DNA of 64,000 nt, from positions 1 through 64,000 of the forward strand of contig CAVPSB010000026.1 of the NCBI GenBank assembly GCA_963708025.1, given 5' to 3'. Both the position numbers and the translations under genes were made by a program. Shown in pieces: positions 20,016-29,902 of the stretch; position 1 is the stretch's first letter, and each line of letters starts with the position of its first letter. This DNA is from an uncultured Candidatus Rokubacteria bacterium (lineage in GTDB: Bacteria; Methylomirabilota; Methylomirabilia; Rokubacteriales; DASRDR01). A model generated the notes under the pieces. It was not told the origin of the DNA and did not search any database. It was given only the letters and a program-made list of their open reading frames with translations.

Positions 20016-23000
20016 ATGCAGTGTCCTGGGTGCCAGGCCGAGAACAGAGAGGGGCGCCGCTTCTGCGCTGCTTGCGGCGCGCGCCTCGCAGGCGCCTGTG
20101 ACGCCTGCGGCTTCTCGAACGAGCCCGGGGAGAAGTTCTGCGGCGGCTGCGCCACGCCGCTGACGCCTTCGGAGCGAGCGACCGCGCTCAGCCTCGCGTC
20201 CCCCGAGTCCTACACGCCCAAGTATCTCGCCAGGAAAATCCTGACCTCGAAGAGCGCGCTCGAAGGCGAGCGCAAGCAGGTGACCGTGCTGTTCGTGGAC
20301 ATCGTGGATTCCTCGGGGCTGGCCGGCCGCCTGGATCCCGAGTCGATGCATCAGCTCATGGACCGGGTGCTCCGGCTGATGGCGGACACCATCCACCGGT
20401 ATGCGGGGACGGTGAACCAATTCCTCGGCGACGGCCTCATGGCCCTCTTCGGCGCGCCGCTCGCCCTGGAGGATCACGCGGTCCGCGCGGTGCAGGCGGC
20501 GCTGGCGATCCGTGAGACGGTGAGCGGGTACAACGAGCAGCTCAAGCCCGAGCGCGGGGTGGAGATCCGCCTCCGCCAGGGGCTGAACAGCGGGCTGGTG
20601 GTGGTCGGCAAGATCGGTGACGATCTCCGGATGGACTACACCGCCATCGGCGATACCACCCACATTGCCTCTCGGATGCAAGCGCTCGCGGAGCCCGGGA
20701 CGATCTTCATCACGGACGCCACGCATCGCCTGGTCAGGGGGTACGTCAACACCGAAGCCGTCGGCCCGGTCGAGATCAAGGGCCGGGCGGAGCCGGTGTC
20801 CGCGTTCAAGGTGACCGGGCGCCGCCGCCGGCGGAGCCGGCTCGAGGTGCACGCGGAGGGTGGCCTCGCCGGGCTGATCGGGCGCGAGCGGGAGCTGGCC
20901 GTCCTCCAGGACTGCCTGGCGCGGGTGAGGGGCGGGCGCGGCCAGGTGGTCGGCCTCGTGGGCGAGCCGGGCGTCGGCAAGTCCCGGCTAGTGCACGAGT
21001 TCCGCCAGTCGATCGAGGGGCAGGCCATCACGTGGCTGGAGGCGCACTGCGTCGACTTCGGTCACGTGACGCCGTATCTCCCGATCATCGATGTTCTGCG
21101 GATGAATTTCCACATCGAGGACGGGGACAACCCCCTCCAGATCGAGGAGAAGCTTCGCCAGGGGATCCGCCAGATCGACCCGCGGCCGGACTCCGGCCTC
21201 GATCGAACCCTGCCGTTTCTGCGCGAGTTGCTCGGGTCGGCGGTCGAAGACGAGGCGGTCAAGTACCTCGACCCGAAGGAGAAGCGACGGAAGACCTTCG
21301 AGGCGATGCGGGCGCTGACGGTCGCGGGGGCGCAGGGCCGGCCGCTGGTCGTGGTCCTCGAAGACCTTCACTGGATCGACAAGACATCCGAGAACTACGT
21401 CGCCTTCCTGATCGAGAGCCTGGCCGGCGTCCCCGCGCTCCTGCTCACGACGCATCGCCCGGGGTACGTCGTGCGCTGGGCCGACAAGACCTACTACACG
21501 CAGATCGCCGTCAACCTGCTCACCGAGGGCGAAGTGGAGGCTCTGATCGCCGAGATCTTCCATGCCGGCCACGTCCCCCCGGACCTGGTGCGTGTCATCC
21601 AGCAGAAGGCCGAGGGGAACCCGCTGTTCGTGGAGGAGATCGCGGCATCGCTCGGCGAGTCCGGGCTCCTCCGGCGGAACAACGGCGGGTTCGTCTGGGC
21701 GAAAGAGGTGCCGGTCGAGTTCCCCGGCAGTATCCAGGACATCATCCGCGCGCGGCTCGACCGGCTGGACGATCCGGTCAAGCGCACCGCGCAGACCGCC
21801 GCCGTCATCGGACGCGCCTTCGGCGTCAACCTGCTGACCCGGGTCTCCGAGATCGCGCAGGAGGTGCAGCGGTACCTCGACACCCTGAAGCGGGTCGAGC
21901 TGATCCACGAGAGCCAGTTCCTTCCGGAGGTCGAGTACATCTTCAAGCACGCCGTCATCCAGGATGTCGCCTACCAGAGCCTGCTCGCGCCCCGGCGCCA
22001 GGAGCTGCACGACGCGATCGGCCGGGCGATCGAGGAGCTCTATCCCGAGCGGCTGGAAGAGCTAGCGCCCATCCTGGCCTATCACTATGCGCGGAGCCGC
22101 CGGCTCGATAAGGCCATCGCGTGGGCCTTGCTGGCCGGGGATCGGGCGGCCCGGCTGTACGCCCATACCGAGGCGACCGCCTACTACGAGCAGGCGCTCG
22201 CGATGGCCCGAGCCCTGCCGCTGTCGGCCGACGCCCACCGGGCCCAGGTCAACGCGACCCTGAAGCTCGCGGCCCTCGGCGCGACCCGGGAGGAGATGGA
22301 GCGGGACCGGGCGAACCTCGAGCAGGCCCGGGGCTTGGCGGAGACGCTGAAGGACTCGGCCCGGCTGTCCCGGGTGCTCTACTGGCTCGGGCGGCTCCAC
22401 TACGTCCAGGGCGACTATCCGACCGCGATCACCTATGCGAAGCAGAGCCTCGACATCGCCGACCGCCTCGGAGACGACGCGCTCGCCGCGCTCCCCGTCA
22501 ATCTCCTGGGCCGCGTGTACTGGTGGACCGACTTCGGCGCGGCCAGCCAGCTCCTCGAGCGGAGCATCGAGCAGATGCGCCGCCTGGGCAACAAGACCGA
22601 GGAAGCGACCGCGGCGGGTTACGCGGGGACGGTGCTCGGCTTCATGGGGGAGTTCGATCGCGCCCTCCCCCACGCCGACCACGGCATCTGGCTCGCCCGG
22701 GAGATTCAGAACCCATTCGCGGAGGCGGCCGCCGCGTTCTATCGGGGGATGATCCTGGATCAGCGCGGCGAGTGGCGGCGCGCGCTCGCGGACTACGAGG
22801 TGACCCGCGGGATCGCCGAGCGCACGGGCGACCTCTTCCGGCTCTACCTGGTGACCTTCTGCCAGGGCCGTGCCTACACGATGGCCGGGGATCCGAGCCG
22901 GGGTCGGGTGATGCTGGAGGAGGCGTTGCACCTGGCCGGGCGAATCGGGACGCGCTTCTTCGTGGCGGGCGTCAAGGCGGCCCTCGCCACGTGCCTCACG

Positions 23001-23363
23001 CGCCTGGGAGAGCTGGCGCCGGTCCCGGCGCTCTGCGAGGAGGCCATCGGCATCAGCCACGAGACCGGTGACCGATTCTTCCGCGCGCTCGCTCACCGGG
23101 CGCTCGGGGAGGCCCTGCTCCGGATGGATCCGGCCGACGCGCCCAGGGCCGAGTCCGCCATGCTCGAAGCGATCCGGCTCCAGGAAGAGATCGGTGCGAA
23201 ACCCGAATTGGCGCGAACCTACATCGCCTACGCTCGTCTGCTCCAGGGCCGAGGCGAGGCCGAGACGGCGCGCGGCTACCTCACCCGGGCCGTGCGCATG
23301 TTCGAGGAGATGGGGATGGCGTGGGACCTGAAGAGCATGGGGCGGGCGCTCGAACAGGTCTGA
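20016..23363 (+). CDS. Double zinc ribbon - class III cyclase - AAA ATPase - TPR protein (paralog of 9449-12853)
   Basis: Four CxxC; VTVLFVDIVDSS, FLGDGLMALFGAP; GEPGVGKS; VLEDLHW; FKHAVI; TPRs. Confidence 0.92.
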   Translation: MQCPGCQAENREGRRFCAACGARLAGACDACGFSNEPGEKFCGGCATPLTPSERATALSLASPESYTPKYLARKILTSKSALEGERKQVTVLFVDIVDSSGLAGRLDPESMHQLMDRVLRLMADTIHRYAGTVNQFLGDGLMALFGAPLALEDHAVRAVQAALAIRETVSGYNEQLKPERGVEIRLRQGLNSGLVVVGKIGDDLRMDYTAIGDTTHIASRMQALAEPGTIFITDATHRLVRGYVNTEAVGPVEIKGRAEPVSAFKVTGRRRRRSRLEVHAEGGLAGLIGRERELAVLQDCLARVRGGRGQVVGLVGEPGVGKSRLVHEFRQSIEGQAITWLEAHCVDFGHVTPYLPIIDVLRMNFHIEDGDNPLQIEEKLRQGIRQIDPRPDSGLDRTLPFLRELLGSAVEDEAVKYLDPKEKRRKTFEAMRALTVAGAQGRPLVVVLEDLHWIDKTSENYVAFLIESLAGVPALLLTTHRPGYVVRWADKTYYTQIAVNLLTEGEVEALIAEIFHAGHVPPDLVRVIQQKAEGNPLFVEEIAASLGESGLLRRNNGGFVWAKEVPVEFPGSIQDIIRARLDRLDDPVKRTAQTAAVIGRAFGVNLLTRVSEIAQEVQRYLDTLKRVELIHESQFLPEVEYIFKHAVIQDVAYQSLLAPRRQELHDAIGRAIEELYPERLEELAPILAYHYARSRRLDKAIAWALLAGDRAARLYAHTEATAYYEQALAMARALPLSADAHRAQVNATLKLAALGATREEMERDRANLEQARGLAETLKDSARLSRVLYWLGRLHYVQGDYPTAITYAKQSLDIADRLGDDALAALPVNLLGRVYWWTDFGAASQLLERSIEQMRRLGNKTEEATAAGYAGTVLGFMGEFDRALPHADHGIWLAREIQNPFAEAAAAFYRGMILDQRGEWRRALADYEVTRGIAERTGDLFRLYLVTFCQGRAYTMAGDPSRGRVMLEEALHLAGRIGTRFFVAGVKAALATCLTRLGELAPVPALCEEAIGISHETGDRFFRALAHRALGEALLRMDPADAPRAESAMLEAIRLQEEIGAKPELARTYIAYARLLQGRGEAETARGYLTRAVRMFEEMGMAWDLKSMGRALEQV

Positions 23364-23428
23364 GCGTGGTCTCGCGCCGCGGCGCGCCGCCGTGATCGCC
23401 CCGGGTGACGATGGAAGGGAGACGTGCC

Positions 23429-25075
23429 ATGCAGCCCACCGAACGCCTCCGTCGCGCGACGCACGAGGTGCTGAACCAGTCGCCGCCGCTGGCGGACTAC
23501 AACCTCTTCCGGGAGGACCGGGCCCTCGTGGAGGCGCTCCGGCGGGAGGGAGGTGGCTGGGCTGAGGCGCGGGCGGACCGCCTCGGGGCCCTGGCCGGCG
23601 GCGAGCCGATCGTGTGGGGCTCTCAGGCGAACGCCAATCCGCCGATCCTCCGCACGCACGACCGTTTCGGGCACCGGATCGACGAAGTGGAGTTCCACCC
23701 GGCGTGGCACCAGCTCCTCCAGCTCGCCGTCTCCGAGGAGTGCCACGCGCTCCCTTGGCGCGAGGCCCGGCCAGGGGCGCACGTCGCGCGGGCCGCGCTC
23801 TTCTACCTCATGGCACAGGTGGAAGCCGGTCACACCTGCCCGATCTCGATGACGTACGCGGTGGTGCCGGCGCTCTCCGCGCAGCCGGAGCTCGCGGGGC
23901 AGTGGGTGCCGCGGCTCACCTCGACGGTGTACGACCGCCGGATGATGCCCGCCCCCGAGAAGAACGGGGCCCTCTGCGGCATGGCGATGACGGAGAAGCA
24001 GGGCGGCTCGGACGTCCGGGCCAACACCACCTGGGCCCGGCCGCTCGGCGGCCGGGGGCCCGGCGCCGAGTACGAGATCACCGGACACAAGTGGTTCTGC
24101 TCGGCGCCCATGTGCGACGTCTTCCTCGTCCTGGCCCAGGTGGAGGGAGGCCTCTCGTGCTTCCTCCTCCCGCGCTGGCGGCCGGATGGCACCCGGAACG
24201 CTTTCCACATCCAGCGGCTCAAGGACAAGCTCGGCAACCGCTCGAACGCGTCGAGCGAGGTCGAGTTCGATGGCGCGTGGGCGCGCATGCTCGGCGAGGA
24301 GGGCCGGGGCGTGCGAAGCATCATCGAGATGGTGAACCACACACGCTTCGACTGCGCGGTCGGGTCGGCGGCCGCGATGCGCCAGGCGGTGGCTCAGGCG
24401 ACGCACCACGCCGCCTACCGGTCGGCGTTCGGCAAGCGGCTGGCGGACCAGCCGCTGATGCGCAACGTCCTCGCGGACCTGTGCATCGAGTCGGAAGCGG
24501 CGACGGCGACCGTCATGCGGCTGGCCCGCGCGTACGACGAGGCGCAGCGTCACTTCGCGCGGCTGGCGACCGCGGTGGCGAAGTACTGGATCTGCAAGCG
24601 GGGCCCCGCGGTCGTCGGGGAGGCGCTCGAGAGCGTGGGCGGGAACGGCTACGTCGAGGAGTCGATGATGCCGCGGCTCTATCGGGAGGCCCCGCTCAAC
24701 TCGATCTGGGAGGGATCGGGGAACGTCATCTGTCTCGATGTGCTGCGCGCCTTCGCCCGCGAGCCGGAATCGGTCGAGGCCTTCTTCGGCGAGATCGACC
24801 TGGCGCGCGGCGCCGAGCCGCGGCTCGATGCCTTCGTGAGGCGGCTGCGGGACGACATCGCCCGTCCCGAGGCGCTGGAGGCCCGGGCGCGCGTGCTCGT
24901 CGAACGGCTGGCCCTGGCGCTCCAGGGCTCGCTGCTGGTGCGCCACGGGGATCCCTCCGTGACGGAGGGGTTCGTCGCCTCGCGTCTGGCGGGCGACCAC
25001 GGCCTCGCTTTCGGGACCTTGCCGGCCGGCGTCAACTGCGAGCGGATCGTCGAGCGGGCCCGGCCGATCGCGTAG
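23429..25075 (+). CDS. aidB: AidB-like acyl-CoA dehydrogenase
   Basis: THEVLNQSPPL, CPISMT, MAMTEKQGGSDV, GHKWFCSAP, LKDKLGNRSNASSEVE, WEGSGN. Confidence 0.85.
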   Translation: MQPTERLRRATHEVLNQSPPLADYNLFREDRALVEALRREGGGWAEARADRLGALAGGEPIVWGSQANANPPILRTHDRFGHRIDEVEFHPAWHQLLQLAVSEECHALPWREARPGAHVARAALFYLMAQVEAGHTCPISMTYAVVPALSAQPELAGQWVPRLTSTVYDRRMMPAPEKNGALCGMAMTEKQGGSDVRANTTWARPLGGRGPGAEYEITGHKWFCSAPMCDVFLVLAQVEGGLSCFLLPRWRPDGTRNAFHIQRLKDKLGNRSNASSEVEFDGAWARMLGEEGRGVRSIIEMVNHTRFDCAVGSAAAMRQAVAQATHHAAYRSAFGKRLADQPLMRNVLADLCIESEAATATVMRLARAYDEAQRHFARLATAVAKYWICKRGPAVVGEALESVGGNGYVEESMMPRLYREAPLNSIWEGSGNVICLDVLRAFAREPESVEAFFGEIDLARGAEPRLDAFVRRLRDDIARPEALEARARVLVERLALALQGSLLVRHGDPSVTEGFVASRLAGDHGLAFGTLPAGVNCERIVERARPIA

Positions 25076-25139
25076 CGGCGCCGGGCCGGCGCCGGAGGCG
25101 GCGCCACCGGGCCACGGTCACCCGGGCGAGACCGGCGGT

Positions 25140-26342
25140 CTACTCGCCGGCGCCCGGGTAGAGATAGTCTCGCGTGAGCGGCACCGCGTCCGTCGGGCCG
25201 TTCGTGAACTGGATCTGCCAGAGGTTCAGGTTCCCGACGCGAAAGGCGGCGGCGCTGCCCGCGAGATAGAAGCGCCACGTGCGCGCGAACGCCTCGCCGT
25301 GCATCCGCTGGACGGCCGGGAGATTCCGCTCGAGGGCCTCGCGCCAGCGCTCCAGCGTCAGCGCGTAGTGGAGCCGGAGCGCCTCGACGTCCGCCACCGC
25401 GAGATGATGTGCCCCCATCCCTTCCACGATCTCGGCCAGCGCCGGGAAATAGACCCCGGGGAAGATGTACGTGCCGATCCACGGGTCCGTCGGTGACGGC
25501 GCCATGCGGCCGATGCTCTGCAGCACGCCGACGCCGCCATCGGTCAAGAGACGGGCGGTGTGGCGGAAGTAGTCTCGAATGCCGTCCCGGCCGACGTGCT
25601 CGAACATCCCGATGCTGACGATCCGGTCGAAGCGCTCGCCGGGCTCGATGTCCCGGTAATCCCGCAACTCGATTCGCACGCGGTCGGCGAACCCCTCGCT
25701 GGCCACCGCTTCCGCGGCGTATCGCCGCTGAGCCTCGCTCAGGGTAATGCCCAGCACGTCAACGTCGTAATGGCGCTTCGCATAGCGGGCGAAGCTGCCC
25801 CACCCACACCCGATGTCGAGCAATCGCTGCCCCTTCTCGAGTCGGAGCTTCGCCGCGATGTGCTGGAACTTGGCCTCCTGCGCGACGTCGATGTCGTCGT
25901 CCGGCGAGCGGAAGTACGCGCAGGAGTACGCCATGGCGCGCCCGAGCCATAGCTGGAAGAACTCGTTGCCGACGTCGTAGTGGTGTGCCACTTGTGTCTT
26001 CGCCCGGCGCCGGGAGTTGGGCGAGGGGCGCCATCGCGTGCTCGCCAGGCGCAGCTTGTCGAGTGTGCCGAGCGGGACGGCGTCGGAGCCGAGGCGCAGC
26101 AGGAGCCCGAGGAGCTGCTGCAGGTCGCCGCTGACGTCGATGGCGCCGGCGACGTACGCCTCGCCGAACCGGAGGCTCGGGTTCTCGAGCAGACCCTCGC
26201 AGGTCTTCCGGTCCTTCAGGTGAAGGACGAAGGCGCCGGGCCCCGAGCCGTACGTGGTGGTCTTGCCGTTCCAGTCCTCGACGGTGAACGCGACGTCGTC
26301 CCATCCCGAGGCGACCCGGTCGAGAATCTCGGTGATCGTCAT
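25140..26342 (-). CDS. cfa: Cyclopropane-fatty-acyl-phospholipid synthase family methyltransferase
   Basis: HHYDVGNEFF, MAYSCAYF, LLDIGCGWG, SIGMFEHVG, YIFPG, HYALTL; ATG overlaps the desaturase stop. Confidence 0.88.
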   Translation of the reverse strand: MTITEILDRVASGWDDVAFTVEDWNGKTTTYGSGPGAFVLHLKDRKTCEGLLENPSLRFGEAYVAGAIDVSGDLQQLLGLLLRLGSDAVPLGTLDKLRLASTRWRPSPNSRRRAKTQVAHHYDVGNEFFQLWLGRAMAYSCAYFRSPDDDIDVAQEAKFQHIAAKLRLEKGQRLLDIGCGWGSFARYAKRHYDVDVLGITLSEAQRRYAAEAVASEGFADRVRIELRDYRDIEPGERFDRIVSIGMFEHVGRDGIRDYFRHTARLLTDGGVGVLQSIGRMAPSPTDPWIGTYIFPGVYFPALAEIVEGMGAHHLAVADVEALRLHYALTLERWREALERNLPAVQRMHGEAFARTWRFYLAGSAAAFRVGNLNLWQIQFTNGPTDAVPLTRDYLYPGAGE

Positions 26343-27445
26343 GATAGGTCCTCGCTGATCGGAGTCGGATCCAGTCGGCGGCCGGCTCGGTCGGACCGGA
26401 GCCGCGCCTCCACCGCCGCCATCGACGTCTGGCGACCGGTCAGGGGGTTGACCAGGAGTTGACCGTCGCCCCCGTCGGCCGGGTCGGCGTAATAGCGCGG
26501 CGTCGTGTAGAGCACCGCCAGCGCCCGCCAGTGCGCCGGCGCCAGGTAGTGGCTGGGCGCGTGCCGGCGCAGACTGGCCCGGACGAGCCGGTAGTACCGG
26601 TGGCTGAGGGCCGGAAACAGATGGTGCTCCGTGTGGTGGCTGAAATGGAGGTGGACGAAATCGATGACCCGGAGCGTCGTGACGCTCATGGTGGTCGAGA
26701 AGTCGTCGGGCCGATCCGTCAGCGGGCGGAGCATGTGATTGGTCGTGACGTAGGACATGATGACGGCATTCGCGACCAGCATGGGGAACACGACGACGAG
26801 CATGGCGCTTCGGAGGCCCAGGCTGGCGCTCACGGCGAGCCAGAACGCGACGATGAGGGCGGTTTCGACGATCGCCTTCCCGCGACGATAGTCTCGGGGC
26901 GGCGCTCGCCGGCTGTGGTCCCAGAGGACGAGCTGGCCCTGGATGGTGAAGGACACGAGCAGGTAGACGGCGCTCATCCAGTGGCCCGAGCCGGGAGCGA
27001 GCCGCACGGTGAGCCACGACAGAAGATCGCCGCTCCGTTCGACCTCGCGGATGCTCGAGTAGTGGTCGGGGTCGAGACCCGGGATGTTGGTGTTGGCGTG
27101 GTGCAGGTAGTTGTGCCAGTGCCGCCAGAGATGCGGAGAGACGAGATAGATCGCGAGGGTGAAGAAGAGGAGGGCGTTCTGGGTGCGGTGCGAGCGGACC
27201 ATGGCACCGTGCGCCGACTCGTGCCCAAAGAACATCAGGGCGACGTACGCGTTGCCGAGCAGAACCGAGCACGCGAGGGCGGCATAGAAGGGCAGCGGCA
27301 GCGCGACCACCAGCGCGCTTGTGGCCACGATGCCCAGGATGAGCGGAATGGCGAGGAGAATCCGCCAGGGGCGTCGGCGGAACGCCGCCGCCGGGAGATC
27401 GGCCGCCACCTTCGCCCTGAGCGCCGTCTCGAAATCGCCGGTCAT
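26339..27445 (-). CDS. Membrane fatty acid desaturase
   Basis: Three His boxes HESAH, HNYLHH, HTEHH; TM helices. Confidence 0.88.
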   Translation of the reverse strand: MTGDFETALRAKVAADLPAAAFRRRPWRILLAIPLILGIVATSALVVALPLPFYAALACSVLLGNAYVALMFFGHESAHGAMVRSHRTQNALLFFTLAIYLVSPHLWRHWHNYLHHANTNIPGLDPDHYSSIREVERSGDLLSWLTVRLAPGSGHWMSAVYLLVSFTIQGQLVLWDHSRRAPPRDYRRGKAIVETALIVAFWLAVSASLGLRSAMLVVVFPMLVANAVIMSYVTTNHMLRPLTDRPDDFSTTMSVTTLRVIDFVHLHFSHHTEHHLFPALSHRYYRLVRASLRRHAPSHYLAPAHWRALAVLYTTPRYYADPADGGDGQLLVNPLTGRQTSMAAVEARLRSDRAGRRLDPTPISEDLS

Positions 27446-27740
27446 GTGGACCCCGCCTTGTCAGTACAGGTGCCGGGCGGCGTGGGATGGAAAGCCGCGG
27501 CCACTCTAAGCCGCTCCGAATGGGCCGTCAAGCGGGGCACGTGGCCGCCCCCATGACCATGCCCGGAACCGGACCGACCGGTCTGCGATCGCCATGGTAT
27601 CGCAGTCGCGCTGCGTCCGGACGTGACGCCGGGCTGCGTGCTACGGGCGGATACGCCGTCGTCGGGCCAGGAGCTGCCCAATTGTCCTGGTGTCAACGCC
27701 TGGTTCTCGTGCGGGTCAGGTTCGGCTAGGTCGTCCTCAC

Positions 27741-28850
27741 CTACCGCTCGAAGATCCCCTCGGGCAAGAGGGCCGAGACCACGTAGTTGGGCACGTCCAC
27801 GACGTTGCTGATCCGGAGGTCAACCGCCACGCTGCAGATCACGTACGCCTGCTCCCGGCTCAACCCCCGTTCCTGGAGGAGATCCAGCATGTTGAGCACC
27901 GCGTTCCGACAGGCCAGCGTCAGGTCCTCGCCCCGGTTGACCCCCTGATCGTCGATCGGCATGCCCATCGTGGCCAGGAAGCGCCGAGGCGCCGCCCACT
28001 GCGGGTCTATGAAGTAGTCGCTGCGCCGAAAGCGCGGCCAGCGGATCCGACGCCGCTCCGCCTCACCCCGGTGAACCCGGAAGCGCACCACGCACGTCGC
28101 GCCCATCTCGACGGCGGTGACGCACACCTCCCCGTCGCCCTGCGCGAAGTGGGCATCCCCGGTCGAGAAGAGCGCGCCGTCAACCGCGACCGCCAGCATG
28201 AGCGTGGCGCCCTTCGATAGCTGCTTCACGTCGAAGTTGCCGCCGTTCTCGCGGGGCGGCAGCGTCCGGAGCCCGTCGGCGGCGACCGGACCGGACGAAG
28301 GGACCGCGCCGCCCGACTCCGGCACGAAGACGACACCACCCCGCCTCGCCAGGTCGGCCTCGCGGCGGGTCCACGCCTCGAGCTGTCCTCGCGAGGGCGC
28401 GACCCCAGAGACGCCCATGAAGGGCGCCCCCGGGATGCGAATCCCGGGCAGCTGCGGGGATGTGGCCCACCCGTCGGCGATCGACCAGTGGACCAGGAAC
28501 GGCGTGGTCATCGTGTCACGGAGGAAGCCCAGGCCGGGGAGGATCGCGCTGAAGCCCCACGGCTGGGGCACGATGTCCAGGAACTCCACTTCCAGCAAGT
28601 CACCCGGGCGCGCGCCCTTCACGTACACCGGCCCCGTCAAGGGATGGATCGCGCCGGTCGGGAGACTGGCGAAGTCCCCGACCGTCGACCTCGGCGTGAG
28701 GTAGCCGTCGACCGCATCCCGGGTTTCGAGCACGACCTCCTCGCCCTCGGCCGCCTCGACGGCTGGTGGGACGTCGGGATGCCAGCGATTGTGCCCCGTC
28801 CTCGGCTCCTCGGAGAGGTGCTTGTTTCGGTCTATCCGTACGCTTTGCAC
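27741..28850 (-). CDS. Acetamidase/formamidase family protein
   Basis: HNRWHPD, HPLTGP, PPRENGGNFD, GDAHFAQGDGEVCVTAVEM, NVVDVPN; GTG start after GAAGGAGA. Confidence 0.9.
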   Translation of the reverse strand: MQSVRIDRNKHLSEEPRTGHNRWHPDVPPAVEAAEGEEVVLETRDAVDGYLTPRSTVGDFASLPTGAIHPLTGPVYVKGARPGDLLEVEFLDIVPQPWGFSAILPGLGFLRDTMTTPFLVHWSIADGWATSPQLPGIRIPGAPFMGVSGVAPSRGQLEAWTRREADLARRGGVVFVPESGGAVPSSGPVAADGLRTLPPRENGGNFDVKQLSKGATLMLAVAVDGALFSTGDAHFAQGDGEVCVTAVEMGATCVVRFRVHRGEAERRRIRWPRFRRSDYFIDPQWAAPRRFLATMGMPIDDQGVNRGEDLTLACRNAVLNMLDLLQERGLSREQAYVICSVAVDLRISNVVDVPNYVVSALLPEGIFER

Positions 28851-28877
28851 GTGCGTCTCCTTCTCTGCGTGCACCGG

Positions 28878-29130
28878 CCCGAGGTCACGAACACGGCCTC
28901 GATCCGCTCACGGGTGAGGGACACGAGCGCCGGTTGGACGTCCGCCCCCGTTCTGACCATCTGGACGCTCACGGCCACTCCGAGTCTTGTCGCAGCTAGC
29001 CGCAGCTCGTCCAGCGCGGCCTTGGTCTCGCGGGCTGCAAAGGCCGGCGGCGCGTAATCCCACAGCACCCCGAGTCGGCGCATCCTCGGCGACACCTCGT
29101 GGAGCTCCCCGTGGATCTCGCCCGCCACCT
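28878..29130 (-). pseudogene. Internal fragment of an orphan ABC substrate-binding protein gene
   Basis: EVSPRMRRLGVLWD...ELRLAATRLGV...LTRERIEAVFV matches the middle of the PF04392-type family; no start or C-terminus. Confidence 0.55.
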
Positions 29131-29275
29131 GACAGACCAGGGCACCTGGGGATTATCGGAACTCGTGGACCTGGCCCATCGGTGTCACGCGGTCAAGCAC
29201 GGAGGCGCCGTGAGCTGATCGCGGCGCTCGACCGACCGGCTGCCCGCCGGCCCGCGGGGAGCGTGAACCCGGGAC

Positions 29276-29605
29276 CTACGGCAGCCAGGGCGGCCCGCAA
29301 TTGGTCGCGAAGCCCTCGTTGATGATTTCCCGCCGCCACCCGCTCCCGTCATCCGTTATCGCGGCGACCGCCGTCGCCGGGGCGGCGAACAGGACCGTCG
29401 TGGCGCAGACCGCCGCCTTGAAGGGGATGTACAGGGGCAGGGCGATGACGTTCAGGATCCCGGTCATCACCGTGTACTGCACCGGCTCCGGCGAAGCCGC
29501 GCCATAGCGCCCCGGCGGGGGTGCCGCGGCGCAGCTCGTCAGCGTCAGCCCGAGAAGCGTCCCGGCCAGGAGCCGTCGGAAGTGGGACCTCTCATTCGCG
29601 GCCAT
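29276..29605 (-). CDS. Small putative lipoprotein/membrane protein (109 aa)
   Basis: SD AAGGGAG; signal with lipobox-like LTSC; hydrophobic segment; PFKAAVC...NCGPPW. Confidence 0.6.
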   Translation of the reverse strand: MAANERSHFRRLLAGTLLGLTLTSCAAAPPPGRYGAASPEPVQYTVMTGILNVIALPLYIPFKAAVCATTVLFAAPATAVAAITDDGSGWRREIINEGFATNCGPPWLP

Positions 29606-29754
29606 CGGCACTCCCTTCGCGGTGGACCTTCCGGTGCGGCGAGCGCCCCGTTCGTGGCGCAGGGTCCATCTTACCAAGCTCCGGCCGGTTTCCGGGCAGA
29701 GGCCCCGATCGGTGGCTCCCCGGGGGTCAGGGGCTGAGAGCGCGCGAAAGAATC

Positions 29755-29888
29755 GGATGCTCCGACTCCCCCCTCCCCCGCGGTGCCCGCCGGAGGGACG
29801 GGACGTCGCGAGGGCCGTAGGCCCGAGCCGTCCCGGCGATCCGGTCAATCGGGAGGGGGGCTGGGGGGGTGGGCGGGAGGTCCCGAAC
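29755..29888 (+). repeat. Family A palindromic intergenic repeat, long form
   Basis: CCCCCTCCC...GGGCC-GTA-GGCCC...GGGAGGGGGG-CTGGGGGGGTGGGCGGGAGGT; highly similar inverted copy at 63684-63817. Confidence 0.85.
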
Positions 29889-29902
29889 TGAGCGCCGGCG
29901 GG

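Noticed and set aside
29755-29888. Family A/B repeats as intrinsic terminators or tRNAs
   Set aside because: No U-tracts, many lie inside operons, and no cloverleaf or T-loop motif
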